DNA of 64,000 nt from Macrostomum lignano (lineage: Eukaryota). Under the pieces are notes generated by a model. The model saw only the letters and a list, made by a program, of their open reading frames with translations, had not been told where the DNA came from and made no database searches. Each line of letters begins with the position of its first letter. The first letter of the stretch is position 1. Location of the stretch: assembly GCA_002269645.1 (NCBI GenBank), contig NIVC01003954.1:1-64000 (forward strand), read 5' to 3'. The position numbers and the translations under genes are program-made. Below are positions 1 to 11,462 of the stretch, piece after piece.

Positions 1-639
1 TTCACAATGCAACTTCTAACCAAGCGTTTTTCTAACAGGGGTTGTCTAATCTATAGCTACGCATGCTATAGCTTTGTCAAATCTGCCTCATTGTTTTAAG
101 CTTTTTGTAACACGACTGAGTGCTCCGCGAGTCTGACTCGAGAAGGCTGCTCCTGAGACACTGAGAAACAAGCTCAGCCGCGCCTCTTTCTTAACGAATC
201 GAATTGCAGTCATATGTTTATTACTGTTTTTCTACTTTAATGCTCGCACAAACCTTTCTGCACATCCGCGTGTTGAGGCTAGTTTTTTTTTAATAATTAT
301 AGTGCTCAAGTTTCAGGTTGACGTTTTATGCAGAAAGCAAAATATTTAAGAGCTAAGCTGGATTATGTTGAAATTTCGCGCATCCTGTCAGTATTTAATA
401 ACAATTAACTGTATGCATAATACGTATCTGTGGTGCATCACAGTCTTTAACATTGTTGCAACCAACCAAAAAGGTACTCACAAATCGTCGGGGCCCCCCC
501 CCCCAATGGAAAATCCTGTTTACGCCACTGAGGAGGGACGCAGGCCTAAAATGGACCCCCACAAAAAAGGCTCCTAAAAATAAATGAAAGTGATGACCAA
601 GCTCAACGAAGGACTGAAGCTCAGCTTTTACCCCCGCTT

Positions 640-1880
640 GGAAGTGACATATCCCGAGCGCACACCAAGAGACAGGGCGCCCACCAAGAGACAGGGGTAT
701 GCACCCACCAAGAGACAGGGGTATGCACCCACCAAGAGACAGGGGCGCCCACCAAGAGACAGGGGCGCCCACCAAGAGACAGGGACACCCACCAAGAGAC
801 AGGGACACCCACCAAGAGACAGGGGCACCCACCAAGAGGTAGGGAGCGCCGGAAATAGACAGGGGCACCCATCAAGAGGCAGGGGCACCCACCAATAGAC
901 AGGGGCACCCACCAAGAGACAGGGGCACCCACCAATAGACAGGGGCACCCACCAAGAGACAGAGACGCGCACAGACAGGGGCGCCTACCAAGAGACAGGG
1001 GGCGCTTACCAAGAGACAGGGGCGTCCATCAAGGACAGGGGCGTCCACCAAGAGACAGGGACACCCACCAAGAGACAGGGGCACCCACCAAGAGACAGGG
1101 GCGCCCACCAAGAGACAGGGCGCCCACCAAGAGACAGGGGTATGCACCCACCAAGAGACAGGGGTATGCACCCACCAAGAGACAGGGGCGCCCACCAAGA
1201 GACAGGGGCGCCCACCAAGAGACAGGGACACCCACCAAGAGACAGGGACACCCACCAAGAGACAGGGGCGCCCACCAAGAGTAGGGAGCGCCGGAAATAG
1301 ACAGGGGCACCATCAAGAGGCAGGGGCACCCCCAATAGACAGGGGCACCCACCAAGAGACAGAGACGCGCACAGACAGGGGCGCCTACCAAGAGACAGGG
1401 GGCGCTTACAAGAGACAGGGACACCCACCAAGAGACAGGGCGCCCACCAAGAGACAGGGGCATGCACCCGCCATGAGACAGGGGTATGCCCCACAAGAGA
1501 CAAGGGCATGCACCACCAAGAGACAGAGGCATGCACCCACCAAGAGACAGGGGCACCCACCAAGAGACAGGGGCACACCAGAGACAGGGGCACCCACCAA
1601 GAGACCAACCAAGAGACAGGGGCACCCACCAAGAGACAGGGCACCCACCAAGAGACAGGGGCACCCACCAAGAGACAGGGGCACCCACCAAGAGACAGGG
1701 GCACCCACCAAGAGACAGGGCACCCACCAAGAGACAGGGGCACCCACCAAGAGACAGGGGCACCCACCAAGAGACAGGGGCACCCACCAATAGACAGGGG
1801 TACCCACCAAGAGGCAGGGAGCGCCGGAACTAGAGACAGGCACCCATCAAGAGGCAGGGGCACCCACCAAGAGACATGGG
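640..1880 (+). repeat. 20-21 bp GC-rich minisatellite (CACCCACCAAGAGACAGGGG)n
   Basis: Dozens of tandem near-identical units; it generates all the overlapping low-complexity ORFs at 395-1984. Confidence 0.95.
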
Positions 1881-1883
1881 CAC

Positions 1884-3768
1884 TGTTGTATATTAACAGA
1901 GAAGACACAGAGTATGCCCCCAGTCCAATGTTTTGTTGTCTAGGGCACAACCTATTATTTTATAATAAAGTAGTTACAACATGAATCAAGAGGAGTTTAT
2001 ATCAAACGGAGCAATACGATAGTTCGAACCGCTTAAGCGAACCATTGCCTTCTTACTTAAATGTGGCAGCTCCAGGTCGGAGCAGAAGACATAACAGTGG
2101 CGACGAGTACAAAATCGGCAAGTTTGACGTGGCTAAACCGGATCAATGGCTACGAAGAGCGGCTAGAACAATTTCTCGTCGTGAATGAAGTGACCGAGGA
2201 GGCACAAAAGCGAACGAGCTTGATCACAGTGATAGGCAATGACTGTTATCAATTGCTACGCAACCTGCTATCGCCTAAGAAGCCAAAGGATGTGGCATAC
2301 GACGAAAATTGTGAAGACGCTGAGGGAACACTTCAACCCGAAGCCGAAGATTGTCGTCGAGCGGTACAACTTCCACAGCAGAGTCCAACACGAAGGAGAA
2401 ACAGTGAGTGACTTTGTTGCAAGTCTGCGAAGGTTGGCAGCCACGTGTGGTTTTGACAAGTTCCTGGGGAGGCACTGAGAGTCGTTGGCCTCAGGAACAG
2501 GCTCATCCAGCAGCGATTGCTACGAGAAGAGACACTGACCCTGTCGGGTGCACTAACGCTAGCGACTGCGATGGAAGCAGCAGAGCGAGGAGTCGTGACT
2601 ATCACCTCCGCCACAGGAGTCGGTCATAGTGTCAATTTCTCGAAGGAAACTAACAAGCAATAAACTGCAGCGCATCATGAGAAAAGGAGCCGCGCCCAAG
2701 ATGGATGTTTCCGCTGTAACGCGAAGGATCATTGGGCAAGGAGCTGTCCAAATAGGAATAAAACGTGCAGCAAATGCGGCCGAGTAGGACATCTTAGAGA
2801 TGCATGCCGTGTACAAAGGACAAGGCAAAAGAGTCTGGAAGTGGCAGGTCGAAGCGATTCAACTCTTCAAAACGTGGGAAGTCCGGTAAGGTGCATTACG
2901 CGCGGAATTTCGACAGTGAGTCAGAAAGTGAGGATTCGGACTGCAGTGGTCGAAACAAGCATTCCGAGATCAGGACTGTTTGCTACAGGAATGGCTGGCT
3001 TTAGTGGATCAGCACCGTATATGTGCGAGTTAAATATAAATGGGCATTTTGTAAATTTCCAACTGGATACTGGCGCAGACAAGACCCTTATTAACGAAAA
3101 TACTGGCAAGAAAATTGGCTTAAAGTGGTCTAAATCTAATGTTAGACTGTCAAGTTACACAGATCATCTCATACCAGTTCTGGGCGAAACTGTCGTTACC
3201 GTATCTAACTATTAGGAAAGACAGTGCCAACTGACTGCACTTGCTGTGAAGGGAGACAGAGTGAATAATGAGACTGGCTCTCTTCGTTAAAAAGTGACTG
3301 GAGCAAGTTTGCCCATGTGAAAACAACAACTTTGGTTCCACCTATCGAGTGGTTAATGAAGAAGTATGATCAAGTGTTTGCTGAAAACCTTGGCACTATC
3401 AAAGGGTTAAAGGCCAGAATACTGTTGAAAGAAAACTACATTCCAAAGTTTTGCTAGAGTCGACCGGTGCCATTTGCGATCAAAGGCCTCATTGAAGAGG
3501 AGCTGGCGAATTTGCAAGCTCAAGGCATAATAAAAAAAGTGAGCGCATCAGACTTTGCATCTCCGATTGTCCCAGTTTTGAAGCGCGATGGAAAATCCGT
3601 AAGGATTTGCGCTGATTTCAAGAGAACCGTTAATCCTAAATTGGAAGTTGACAAGTGCCCTCTGCCGAAACCGGAAGAAATTTTCGCAACTCTGAATGGT
3701 GGAAGAGTCTTCTCAAAATTGGATATTTCGCAAGCGTTTTTACAACTGGAACTGGAGGATTCTTGCAC
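1884..3768 (+). mobile_element. 3'-truncated, degenerate Ty3/Gypsy (Mag-like) LTR retrotransposon
   Basis: Putative 5' LTR TGTTG...ATAACA (1884-2096; left boundary uncertain) and PBS TGGCGACGAG at 2098. Frameshifted gag (YEERLEQFLVVN, zinc-knuckle remnants), protease FQLDTGADKT, and RT N-terminus (SPIVPVLKRDGKSVRICADFK...FSKLDISQAFLQLEL) that stops abruptly near 3768. No RNase H, integrase or 3' LTR. Confidence 0.88.
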
Positions 3769-4051
3769 ATGTAAATTCAAGGTGCTTTTACCATAGACAC
3801 TTGCATTTCTGCACGCGACTTCCAAAGCATTCTTGCACGCTGGATCAAATAAGAATGTTTCACAAAGAAGGAGTTAAAATATTTCACCAATATGTTTTTG
3901 GACATCATTTTATACTAATTGTTTCGCGTCCCGGTAGTTTAAGTTGTCCCTGGCTATATACTTATATCGGGCTCGTCCACTCAGAAAATTTGATGTCGAG
4001 TAAAACAAACCGCTTGTCCAATCGGAAAATTTGGTATGTGTCGAGTATAAC

Positions 4052-4217
4052 TGTTGTGTATGAACTTAAGTTCTATGGTTTATGGTGAAGCCTTATTCAT
4101 ATTTTAAGTATAGCAGCCAGCTACTTCGCTTCGGAAAATATACGCGCTGCATGCATCTACGATCTCTTCCTAACTCGGCATCTTGCATTCGTCTTCGTTA
4201 CTACGAAAAGTGCAACA
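4052..4217 (+). repeat. 5' LTR (166 bp)
   Basis: TGTTGTGTATGAAC...AAAAGTGCAACA; differs from the 3' LTR by two G/A substitutions and a 1-nt indel. Confidence 0.96.
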
Positions 4218-4279
4218 TGGCGACGAGGAAAATTTAATTCGCCGCGGGACGATACTGCAGTCACCAAATCTTCATCCCG

Positions 4280-4915
4280 ATGTCTTCCGGACTCGACTTC
4301 CGACTGGGGGAGATGCCGCTGTGCTACCCCGATGTCGAACAGTATTTCAAGCGCCTCGGTTTTTACATTAGCGCAACGGAAAAGAATGACCAGAGCAAAG
4401 CCGTTATACTTGCTACTTGTGGAAATGCCGCATTTTCACTGATTGAGACACTTGTGCAGCCAGAAGACATTTTAAACGATACAAAGTGTACGTTCGATTT
4501 CATCAAAGAAGCGGTAGTAGTGAGCCACTTGAAACCCAAGCGCCTTCTTCACTACGACAGACATCTGCTACATACCATGGTCCAAATACAGGGTGAGTCG
4601 GTGACAAAGTTTTTGGAGAGACTGAAGACACAGGCCAACAAATGCGAATTCGGCAACCTGCGAGAAGAGTTAATTCTTTCTCAGTATATTTTCGGACTGG
4701 CTGATAATTCTCTGAAGCAAAAATTACTAGTGAAGGAAAAGCTGGATCTAGAGACTGCGGTTAAGGATAGTCTCTTATCGGAGTCCGTATCTCAAGCTAC
4801 TGATTCGAGCAAAACCGTCGCAGCAGTGCAGAAAACCACTCACAAGAAGAACCGGCAGCAACCAAAAGTATCCAACGGTATCCAGGCCAATGCCAACAAC
4901 GCCGAATCATTCTAA
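4280..4915 (+). CDS. Gag (capsid region) of the LTR element
   Basis: 211-aa ORF directly after the PBS with Mag-type gag features (YPDVEQYFKRL, ILATCGNAAFSLI, ESVTKFLERLK..A.KCEFG, LKQKLL). Confidence 0.9.
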   Translation: MSSGLDFRLGEMPLCYPDVEQYFKRLGFYISATEKNDQSKAVILATCGNAAFSLIETLVQPEDILNDTKCTFDFIKEAVVVSHLKPKRLLHYDRHLLHTMVQIQGESVTKFLERLKTQANKCEFGNLREELILSQYIFGLADNSLKQKLLVKEKLDLETAVKDSLLSESVSQATDSSKTVAAVQKTTHKKNRQQPKVSNGIQANANNAESF

Positions 4916-7900
4916 GTCTAGCTGCCATTCCTGTGGTAACCCGGGTCATCTTAGAAATACCTGCAAGTTCCGTAATGCGACATGTCACAAGTGCGGAAAA
5001 ACCGGGCACATTGCCAGAGCATGCAGGTCCAACATCGGTGGCAGCAAGAAAGTCACGTACGCGGAAGTTGAAGCAACCGACGCTGATCCACCTGATTCAG
5101 CTGTGTACTCGGTGATCAAGGCTACTCCATGCGACGAACTCTGGAAAATAGTCTGCACGATCGGTGATTCCACAGTCCATATGTGCGTCGACTCTGGTAG
5201 TCAGGTAACAATTTTGCCAGCATCCATCGTAGAGCAAGCCGGATTGCACATGGTTGACGCGGACATTCGATCACTCAAAGTTTTCGGGGGAGCTTCAGTT
5301 TCCGTACGAGGCATGGCTAAGGACGTCACAATTGAGCTGAGAAACGGCAAAACGGCATGCGGAGACATATATGTCGGGGACCAATCCAGTCAAGCCATTT
5401 TGGGAATAAATTTTATTCGTGCCTTCAACCTATTGACGGTAGACGAATTTCTGTGCCATCCAGTGCAGTGTGATGAAAATTCAAGATTCCAGGCCAGCTT
5501 TCGCCTGAAGGACGGGGCCTCTACCGATGGAATGTGCTTTCCTGTCAGATCCCTTCCGTTCTCAATTAAAACTTTGGTTGAACTGGAGCTGAAAAGACTG
5601 GAAAGTGCAGGTATCATCTACCCGCCTAAGGTATCGTGCCCTATTGTTCCTGTGTTGAAACCAGAAGGATCAAAGAGACCCATTAGACTGTGTGGAGACT
5701 ATTCAGTCACTCTCAACAGACTGATAAACCGAGATCGATATCGACTGCCAACTTTGAAAGAAATCCTTCAAAAGATCCCAAATTCGAAAGTGTATTCAGT
5801 GCTTGACCTCGAAGACGCATTCTTGCAGATTCCCCTAACGCCAGAAAGTCAGGATCTTACGTGTATTTCCACCCACGTAGGACATTTTGCCTTCCGCAAG
5901 TTACAATTTGGGATATCGGCAGCACCACTGATATTTCAGGAAGTTATGGATATCTTGCTCAAAGGAAAACCAGGCACTGCTTCTTATCAGGACGACATCA
6001 TTCTAGGCACTGAAACAATGGAGCAGCATCGACAGATCCTGGTGCAAGTCAAGGAAAAACTGAAAAAGCATGGATTCAAGATCAATGAGCGTAAGACTCA
6101 GGAGTGCAAGAAAGAAGTCACATTTCTGGGATTTCTCCTCCGAGATGGGAAACTTTTGCCTGATCCTGCAAGAGTGGAAGCTCTATCCAACTTGACATTA
6201 CCAAAAGACCGGGATCAATTGAGAAGTGCTATATGCACCTTAAGACACTACGGGATTTTTTGTCGGAACTTCTCTATGATCGCCAAGCCGCTCTATTACC
6301 TCCTAAAGAAAGGGGTTCAGTGGAAATGGACTGTCGTTCACTCAAGTGCGTTCTCCCAACTGAAAGCTGCTGTAACGGAAGGTCGAATCGTTTCTTATGA
6401 TATAAAAAGGCCGTTGCTTCTAACCTGCGACGCTTCTCAGAGTGGAGTCGGATTTGTGCTGTCCCACGACACGAACCAAAAAGAAGTTGTATGGCTGGGA
6501 AGCAGAGTTTTGACCAAGGCTGAGGCCAACTACGCCAACCTTGAGCGGGAGGCTCTTGCAATTATCGAGGGTGTAAAATATTTTCATCAATTTCTGGCAG
6601 GCCGTCGTTTTACAATCATCTCTGATCACAGACCTTTGCAGTACATCTTCTCTACAACAAAAGTTCCTGACCGAGTTTCTGCGAGACTCCAGAGATGGGC
6701 ATTGCTGCTCAGATCCTATGACTACACTGTCACTTACTCAAAAGGAGACACCATGCTCGCAGCAGATACTCTGTCCAGAATTCCTTCAACAAACGCTTCT
6801 ACTTCGTTTTCAAATTTTGATGTCAATCTGCTGGAGGTAAACTCTCTCGTAGAATTTTCTTCTTCTGGGACAATTCTTCGGCGTGTCGCCAACACCAGAG
6901 ACCCTGAAATTGATATTATCAAGAAGTTTGTTACTCAAGGTTGGCCAAGCTACATTTCTAAACAGCTGCTTCCGTACACCAAATCCAAGGCGGAGTACTC
7001 CATTCAAAACGGGATTCTGTTCAAAGGGATCCGAATCGTGCCTCCAAAGTTCATGCGCAGAGAAATTCTTCAAATTCTTCACGAGAATCATCCGGGCATT
7101 GTGCGCATGATCAGACTAGCTCGAGAGTACTTCTGGTGGCCTTACATTGACGCCCAGATCAATAGCTTCGTTCAAAGGTGTCCTTCCTGCCAACTAAATT
7201 CGAGAAAGCGAACAAATGCAAATCTGCATTCATGGGAAGATGCAAAGTTCTTCTTCGAACGTGTTCATCTGGACATAGCATATTTCAAGGAGAAACACTT
7301 CTTGGTTCTCATCGACTCCTTCTCTCGGTGGATTGATGTACATCAGCTGTCAAATCTGACAGCCAACTCTCTTATTCCAGCATGCAGACGAACATTTAAG
7401 TACATGGGACTTCCAACGTGCATTGTGATTGACAATGGAACCAATTTTCGATCAAAAGAGTTCACAGAATTTCTCAAGAAGAATCTAATTAACCATGTCC
7501 TAACACCACCTGGTCATCACCAGTCAAATGGGATTGTGGAGAGAGCTATCCAAGAGTTGAAAGTGACTCTGAAGCAGAACAGTAATGACATAGGTTCCGA
7601 ATGTGAGAAGGTGTTGATATCATTCTGCCTTTCGAAGAACACTACACCGAATTCCGAAGGAGCGATTCCTGCTGCACAACTGTTTATGCAACGCCCAAGA
7701 ACGCGCCTCACTGCAACCTTTACAGAATGGGACAAACCGCTAACTACCCCAATTCCTGTCTACATCAACGTAGGAAAGTCAGACAAGGTCCCAGAAGAAA
7801 TCCAAGGACTTCATGGATCCAATACCTACTTGGACAGCAAAGGACGGGTTGTCCATGCATCTGATGCAACGCCAAGGACTACAGAGAACTCACAAGAGAT

Positions 7901-8063
7901 TACCTCGCCTGGACCTGCCAATGTTGGCAGCAGCAAGGAGAAGGAAATGGAGACTACGACTCCTGCTGAAGTGGATACAACCAGCGATCAAAGTCCCGAG
8001 TACCAAGTTTCTCGTCGAAGTCAGAGGCTCCGAAAAGCCGCTGATCGGCTGACCTATTCCTGA
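4890..8063 (+). CDS. Zinc knuckles + Pol polyprotein (protease, RT, RNase H, integrase)
   Basis: Two CCHC knuckles (CHSCGNPGHLRNTC, CHKCGKTGHIARAC), protease VDSGS, RT LDLEDAF/YQDD, RNase H CDAS/EREA/SDH, integrase HHCC and D,D(35)E (LDIA, IDNG, VERA). The frame is open from 4752. Confidence 0.95.
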   Translation: MPTTPNHSKSSCHSCGNPGHLRNTCKFRNATCHKCGKTGHIARACRSNIGGSKKVTYAEVEATDADPPDSAVYSVIKATPCDELWKIVCTIGDSTVHMCVDSGSQVTILPASIVEQAGLHMVDADIRSLKVFGGASVSVRGMAKDVTIELRNGKTACGDIYVGDQSSQAILGINFIRAFNLLTVDEFLCHPVQCDENSRFQASFRLKDGASTDGMCFPVRSLPFSIKTLVELELKRLESAGIIYPPKVSCPIVPVLKPEGSKRPIRLCGDYSVTLNRLINRDRYRLPTLKEILQKIPNSKVYSVLDLEDAFLQIPLTPESQDLTCISTHVGHFAFRKLQFGISAAPLIFQEVMDILLKGKPGTASYQDDIILGTETMEQHRQILVQVKEKLKKHGFKINERKTQECKKEVTFLGFLLRDGKLLPDPARVEALSNLTLPKDRDQLRSAICTLRHYGIFCRNFSMIAKPLYYLLKKGVQWKWTVVHSSAFSQLKAAVTEGRIVSYDIKRPLLLTCDASQSGVGFVLSHDTNQKEVVWLGSRVLTKAEANYANLEREALAIIEGVKYFHQFLAGRRFTIISDHRPLQYIFSTTKVPDRVSARLQRWALLLRSYDYTVTYSKGDTMLAADTLSRIPSTNASTSFSNFDVNLLEVNSLVEFSSSGTILRRVANTRDPEIDIIKKFVTQGWPSYISKQLLPYTKSKAEYSIQNGILFKGIRIVPPKFMRREILQILHENHPGIVRMIRLAREYFWWPYIDAQINSFVQRCPSCQLNSRKRTNANLHSWEDAKFFFERVHLDIAYFKEKHFLVLIDSFSRWIDVHQLSNLTANSLIPACRRTFKYMGLPTCIVIDNGTNFRSKEFTEFLKKNLINHVLTPPGHHQSNGIVERAIQELKVTLKQNSNDIGSECEKVLISFCLSKNTTPNSEGAIPAAQLFMQRPRTRLTATFTEWDKPLTTPIPVYINVGKSDKVPEEIQGLHGSNTYLDSKGRVVHASDATPRTTENSQEITSPGPANVGSSKEKEMETTTPAEVDTTSDQSPEYQVSRRSQRLRKAADRLTYS

Positions 8064-8135
8064 TTTATTTGATCGTTAGACAAAATAGAAAACAGTCATT
8101 TATTTCTCTCCAGGTTAATTGCTAAAATGTGGGGG

Positions 8136-8302
8136 TGTTGTGTATGAACTTAAGTTCTATGGTTTATGGGTGAAGCCTTATTCATATTTTAAGTATAACA
8201 GCCAGCTACTTCGCTTCGGAAAATATACGCGCTGCATGCATCTACGATCTCTTCCTAACTCGGCATCTTGCATTCGTCTTCGTTACTACGAAAAGTACAA
8301 CA
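8136..8302 (+). repeat. 3' LTR (167 bp)
   Basis: Direct repeat of 4052-4217. Confidence 0.96.
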
Positions 8303-9928
8303 AAGCAATTTGTCCAATCAGATTGCTTTTCATGAGCAGAATTTGAGGCAGAACTTCAAAAGTTTGATCAACTTTGAGGCAGAAACTTCCAGCTCAGTTA
8401 TAAGAGAGTGTGAATTTGGGAGGAAAGCTGAATCCGATCGAAGTTTTTTTTAAGTTTTCTTTTTTCGCCCTGCATGCTGGCCATGAAGATGATCCTGGCC
8501 AATTTATTAGGCGAAGGCCGCGCGCAGTGTACTTGAAGCATGCAGCTTCCAGACAATCATACAAATCGATCAGCGCGATTCTAAAAAAATTTAAACCATC
8601 CGCCAGACATACATGTATGTGTTTTTAATACTTAAAAGCTCTGCTAGTTCTTCGAGCTATCCACTGACAAGTTATTTTTTTCTACACAGCTCTCTAGGCC
8701 TAAAAAGCCCCAATCAAAAATTAAAGTTTTTTAAGGCCGAACCCATCAAACTCGTCAAATAGTCATACATGTAAAAGGCCTTCAGCGTACATACACGAAG
8801 TATGTGAACTCGCATTCCGGGCATTGCCGAATGGCATAAGCCAACAAGTGAATGCAGTTAATAATGGTTTTTACCGTATAGACGTTGTAGTACTTTGAAT
8901 AAAAATACTTGGTAGATCAATCAACATGCAGACAATATATATACATGTATATGGCACATTTGCACGCTAGCTAATCGCGATCTTTGTCTATGGTAAATTT
9001 TACGTTTTAATTTTACGAATTTCTATCAGAAGTACGACTACAAACTAATCCAAGGACCACTAGAATGATTTTTAACTGCCATTTTCTCCTTATTCAACCT
9101 TATTCATTCCTCCTTATTTATTGCTTACATTACTTGTAATAATTGATTGAAATAATAATGGTTTTTGTAGCAAGGTGTCACATCTAGTCCGGCAGATTAA
9201 AAACACCGTAAAAAGCAGGCGTTTTCTTGCAAAAAAGTATTGAGTAACAAAAACAGCGTTCTGTATATTTTGTACATAAACTTTGTCATTTGAAAGATGT
9301 TTATTTTGAGAGGTTTTAGTTTAAATATTTATTTTCAGCGTAATTATAAAACTAACTTTTTGTTTCTTAACGATAAAAATTGGGCACAGAGAGACCAGAC
9401 TCTGCTTGATTGATTGATAACAACAATTTTTCGGGGGTCATGCATGTTCTAACTTGAGGTTTTGCTTTGCCTTACTTACGATATTTAAATCTTGCGAAAA
9501 ACAGATTTAGAAATTGATTAGATAGAGCATTGATTTGATAAGCCCTATTTTAAAAGAACTTGAAATTGTAGCCTTAGATTTCAGCTATTTCAGCTTATCA
9601 TAAATAATTTTTTTTCCAAATTGAGAGTAAACCTAGTGCAGTGGTAATGGCTAACAAACTTGTATTAATTACTCCTAAAATTGTTCTTCATATCATAGCA
9701 CTAGGCCTTTATGAGGCTTAGTGATAATAGGTTCTGTTCTTAGCCAACAAAAGTCCTATACTGACCTATAGGCCAAGCTTATATTTTTTCCTAGTAGCTA
9801 TTAGTAGGCCTAATGTAAAAAAGATAGTAAATTTGCCTAATCAAATGCAGTCACATCATGGCTATTTTAAAGACAGCTAATGGAATTTTAATTAGATTTT
9901 TTGTCAAAAGCAAGATTTAATCTTGTTG

Positions 9929-10460
9929 CATACATGCGCAACTGCTGGCCGACCTGGCCGATCCGGCCACCGTAAATCGTGGCTGACCAGGGGTAAGTCG
10001 CAAAATTGAGTCAACCAAAAACAGAAAAACACAAGAACCAAGAAAGGCAAGAGGAAAGTGAAAGAAAGAGCAGTTCAGGGAAAATCGTGAAGCAAAAGAA
10101 AAACAATTCGCAAAAGAAGCAAACTAAGTTGTAAAAATAATCAGGTAAGTCGCAAAAGAAGCAAACTAAGTCGCAAAAAGGATCAGGTAAGTTGCAACAG
10201 AAATCAGGTAAGTCGCAAAAGAAGCAAACTATGTCGCAAAAAGGATCAGGTAAGTCGCAAAAGGATTAGGTAAGTCGCAAAAAGGATTAGGTAAGTTGAA
10301 AAAAGGATTAAGTAAGTCGCAAAAAGGATTAGGTAAGTTTCAAAAGGGTTAGGTAAGTCGCAAAAGGATTAGGTAAGTCGCAAAAGGATTAGGTAAGTCG
10401 CAAAAGGATTAGGTAAGTCGCAAAAAGGATTAAGTAAGTCGCAAAAAGGATTAGGTAAGT
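9929..10460 (+). mobile_element. Left end of a hAT-type MITE whose subterminal motif is expanded into a ~20-bp tandem array
   Basis: The first ~75 bp match the MITE at 11024 (CATACATGCGCAACTGCTGGCCGACCTGGCC...CAGGGGTAAGTCGCAAAA). (GGTAAGTCGCAAAAGGATTA)n follows at ~10140-10460. No right TIR found. Confidence 0.75.
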
Positions 10461-11023
10461 CTCTTTTCTTTTTTATTTCTTTTTACTCTCTTTATCCTCT
10501 CTTGTCTCTCCTCTTTTCTCTTTGTTTTCTATATTCTCTTCTCTCTTTTTCTTCTTTCCCCTTCTCTTCACTTCCCTTTTCTCTTAGCTCTCTTATCACT
10601 CATTTCTTTTCTCTTCTATACTTTCTCTTTTCCTTTTTACCTTTTCTCTCTTTCCCCTCTTCTCTCCTTTTATTTTCTCTCAATTCTCTCATCCCCTCTC
10701 CAGCCTCTCTTCTCTGTTCTAATTGTTTGTTCTCTCTCTCCCTCTGCTTTCTACTCTTATCTACCTACACTTGTAGCCATGAGCTAGATTCTTTATCTAG
10801 CCCATGAGATAAAAGTTTGCCAAATGCCAACCCCTACTTCAAAAGCCAGTTTTTGGGACATAAGTACTCTCATGGATAGTCATAGTTGTTTCATTCCGTA
10901 GGCTATTGTGATTGTTGATTGCTTCGATCATGTCATCTTTCTGGCTAATTTACAGTCTGAATCCATAGCAATTTGCAATTTGGGAGTCCATAGCAAAGTA
11001 ATTTATAAATTGATACATGGATT

Positions 11024-11288
11024 CATACATGCGCAACTGCTGGCCGACCTGGCCAATCTGGCCACCATAAATTGTGGTGGACCAGGGGTAAGTCGCAAAA
11101 ATGCCCAGCCTAAAGAATACAGATGTAGTACTAATTAGATGACGGGGAATTTAGCCCTTATAAGACAGTCATAGTTACTCCTGCCGTTTACCAAAAATTG
11201 CGTTAGGGTTTCTTTCACAGGTAAGTCGCATTTTTGGTCAAAAAGTCAGTCGCATGGCCAGTGTAAATCAGGGGGTTGCGCATGTATG
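11024..11288. mobile_element. Complete 265-bp hAT-type MITE
   Basis: 14-bp TIRs CATACATGCGCAAC / GTTGCGCATGTATG and a perfect 8-bp TSD CATGGATT (11016-11023, 11289-11296); no coding capacity. Confidence 0.92.
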
Positions 11289-11462
11289 CATGGATTGATA
11301 GACTGAGTTTTTATTTTTATAGATATAGATAAGAAAATGATGTTTATCATATCAAATATAAGTATTATTTAAAATATCAACATGAAGTATTATTTGAGTT
11401 GCCGATGCATTTCGTCCATTTGCATTATGGACGAAAATCCATAATGACAATGGAAAACCGGA

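Larger units (their letters stand above)
4052..8302 (+). mobile_element. Near-intact compact (4.25 kb) Ty3/Gypsy (Mag-like) LTR retrotransposon
   Basis: Two LTRs with TG...CA ends (4052-4217, 8136-8302), PBS TGGCGACGAGGA at 4218 (complementary to the 3' end of tRNA-Ser(GCU)), purine-rich PPT-like AAAATGTGGGGG before the 3' LTR, and gag-PR-RT-RH-IN domain order. Confidence 0.97.

Noticed and set aside
365-1984. Numerous 100-314 aa ORFs
   Set aside because: Translations of a stop-poor 20-21 bp minisatellite; periodic and without domain signatures.
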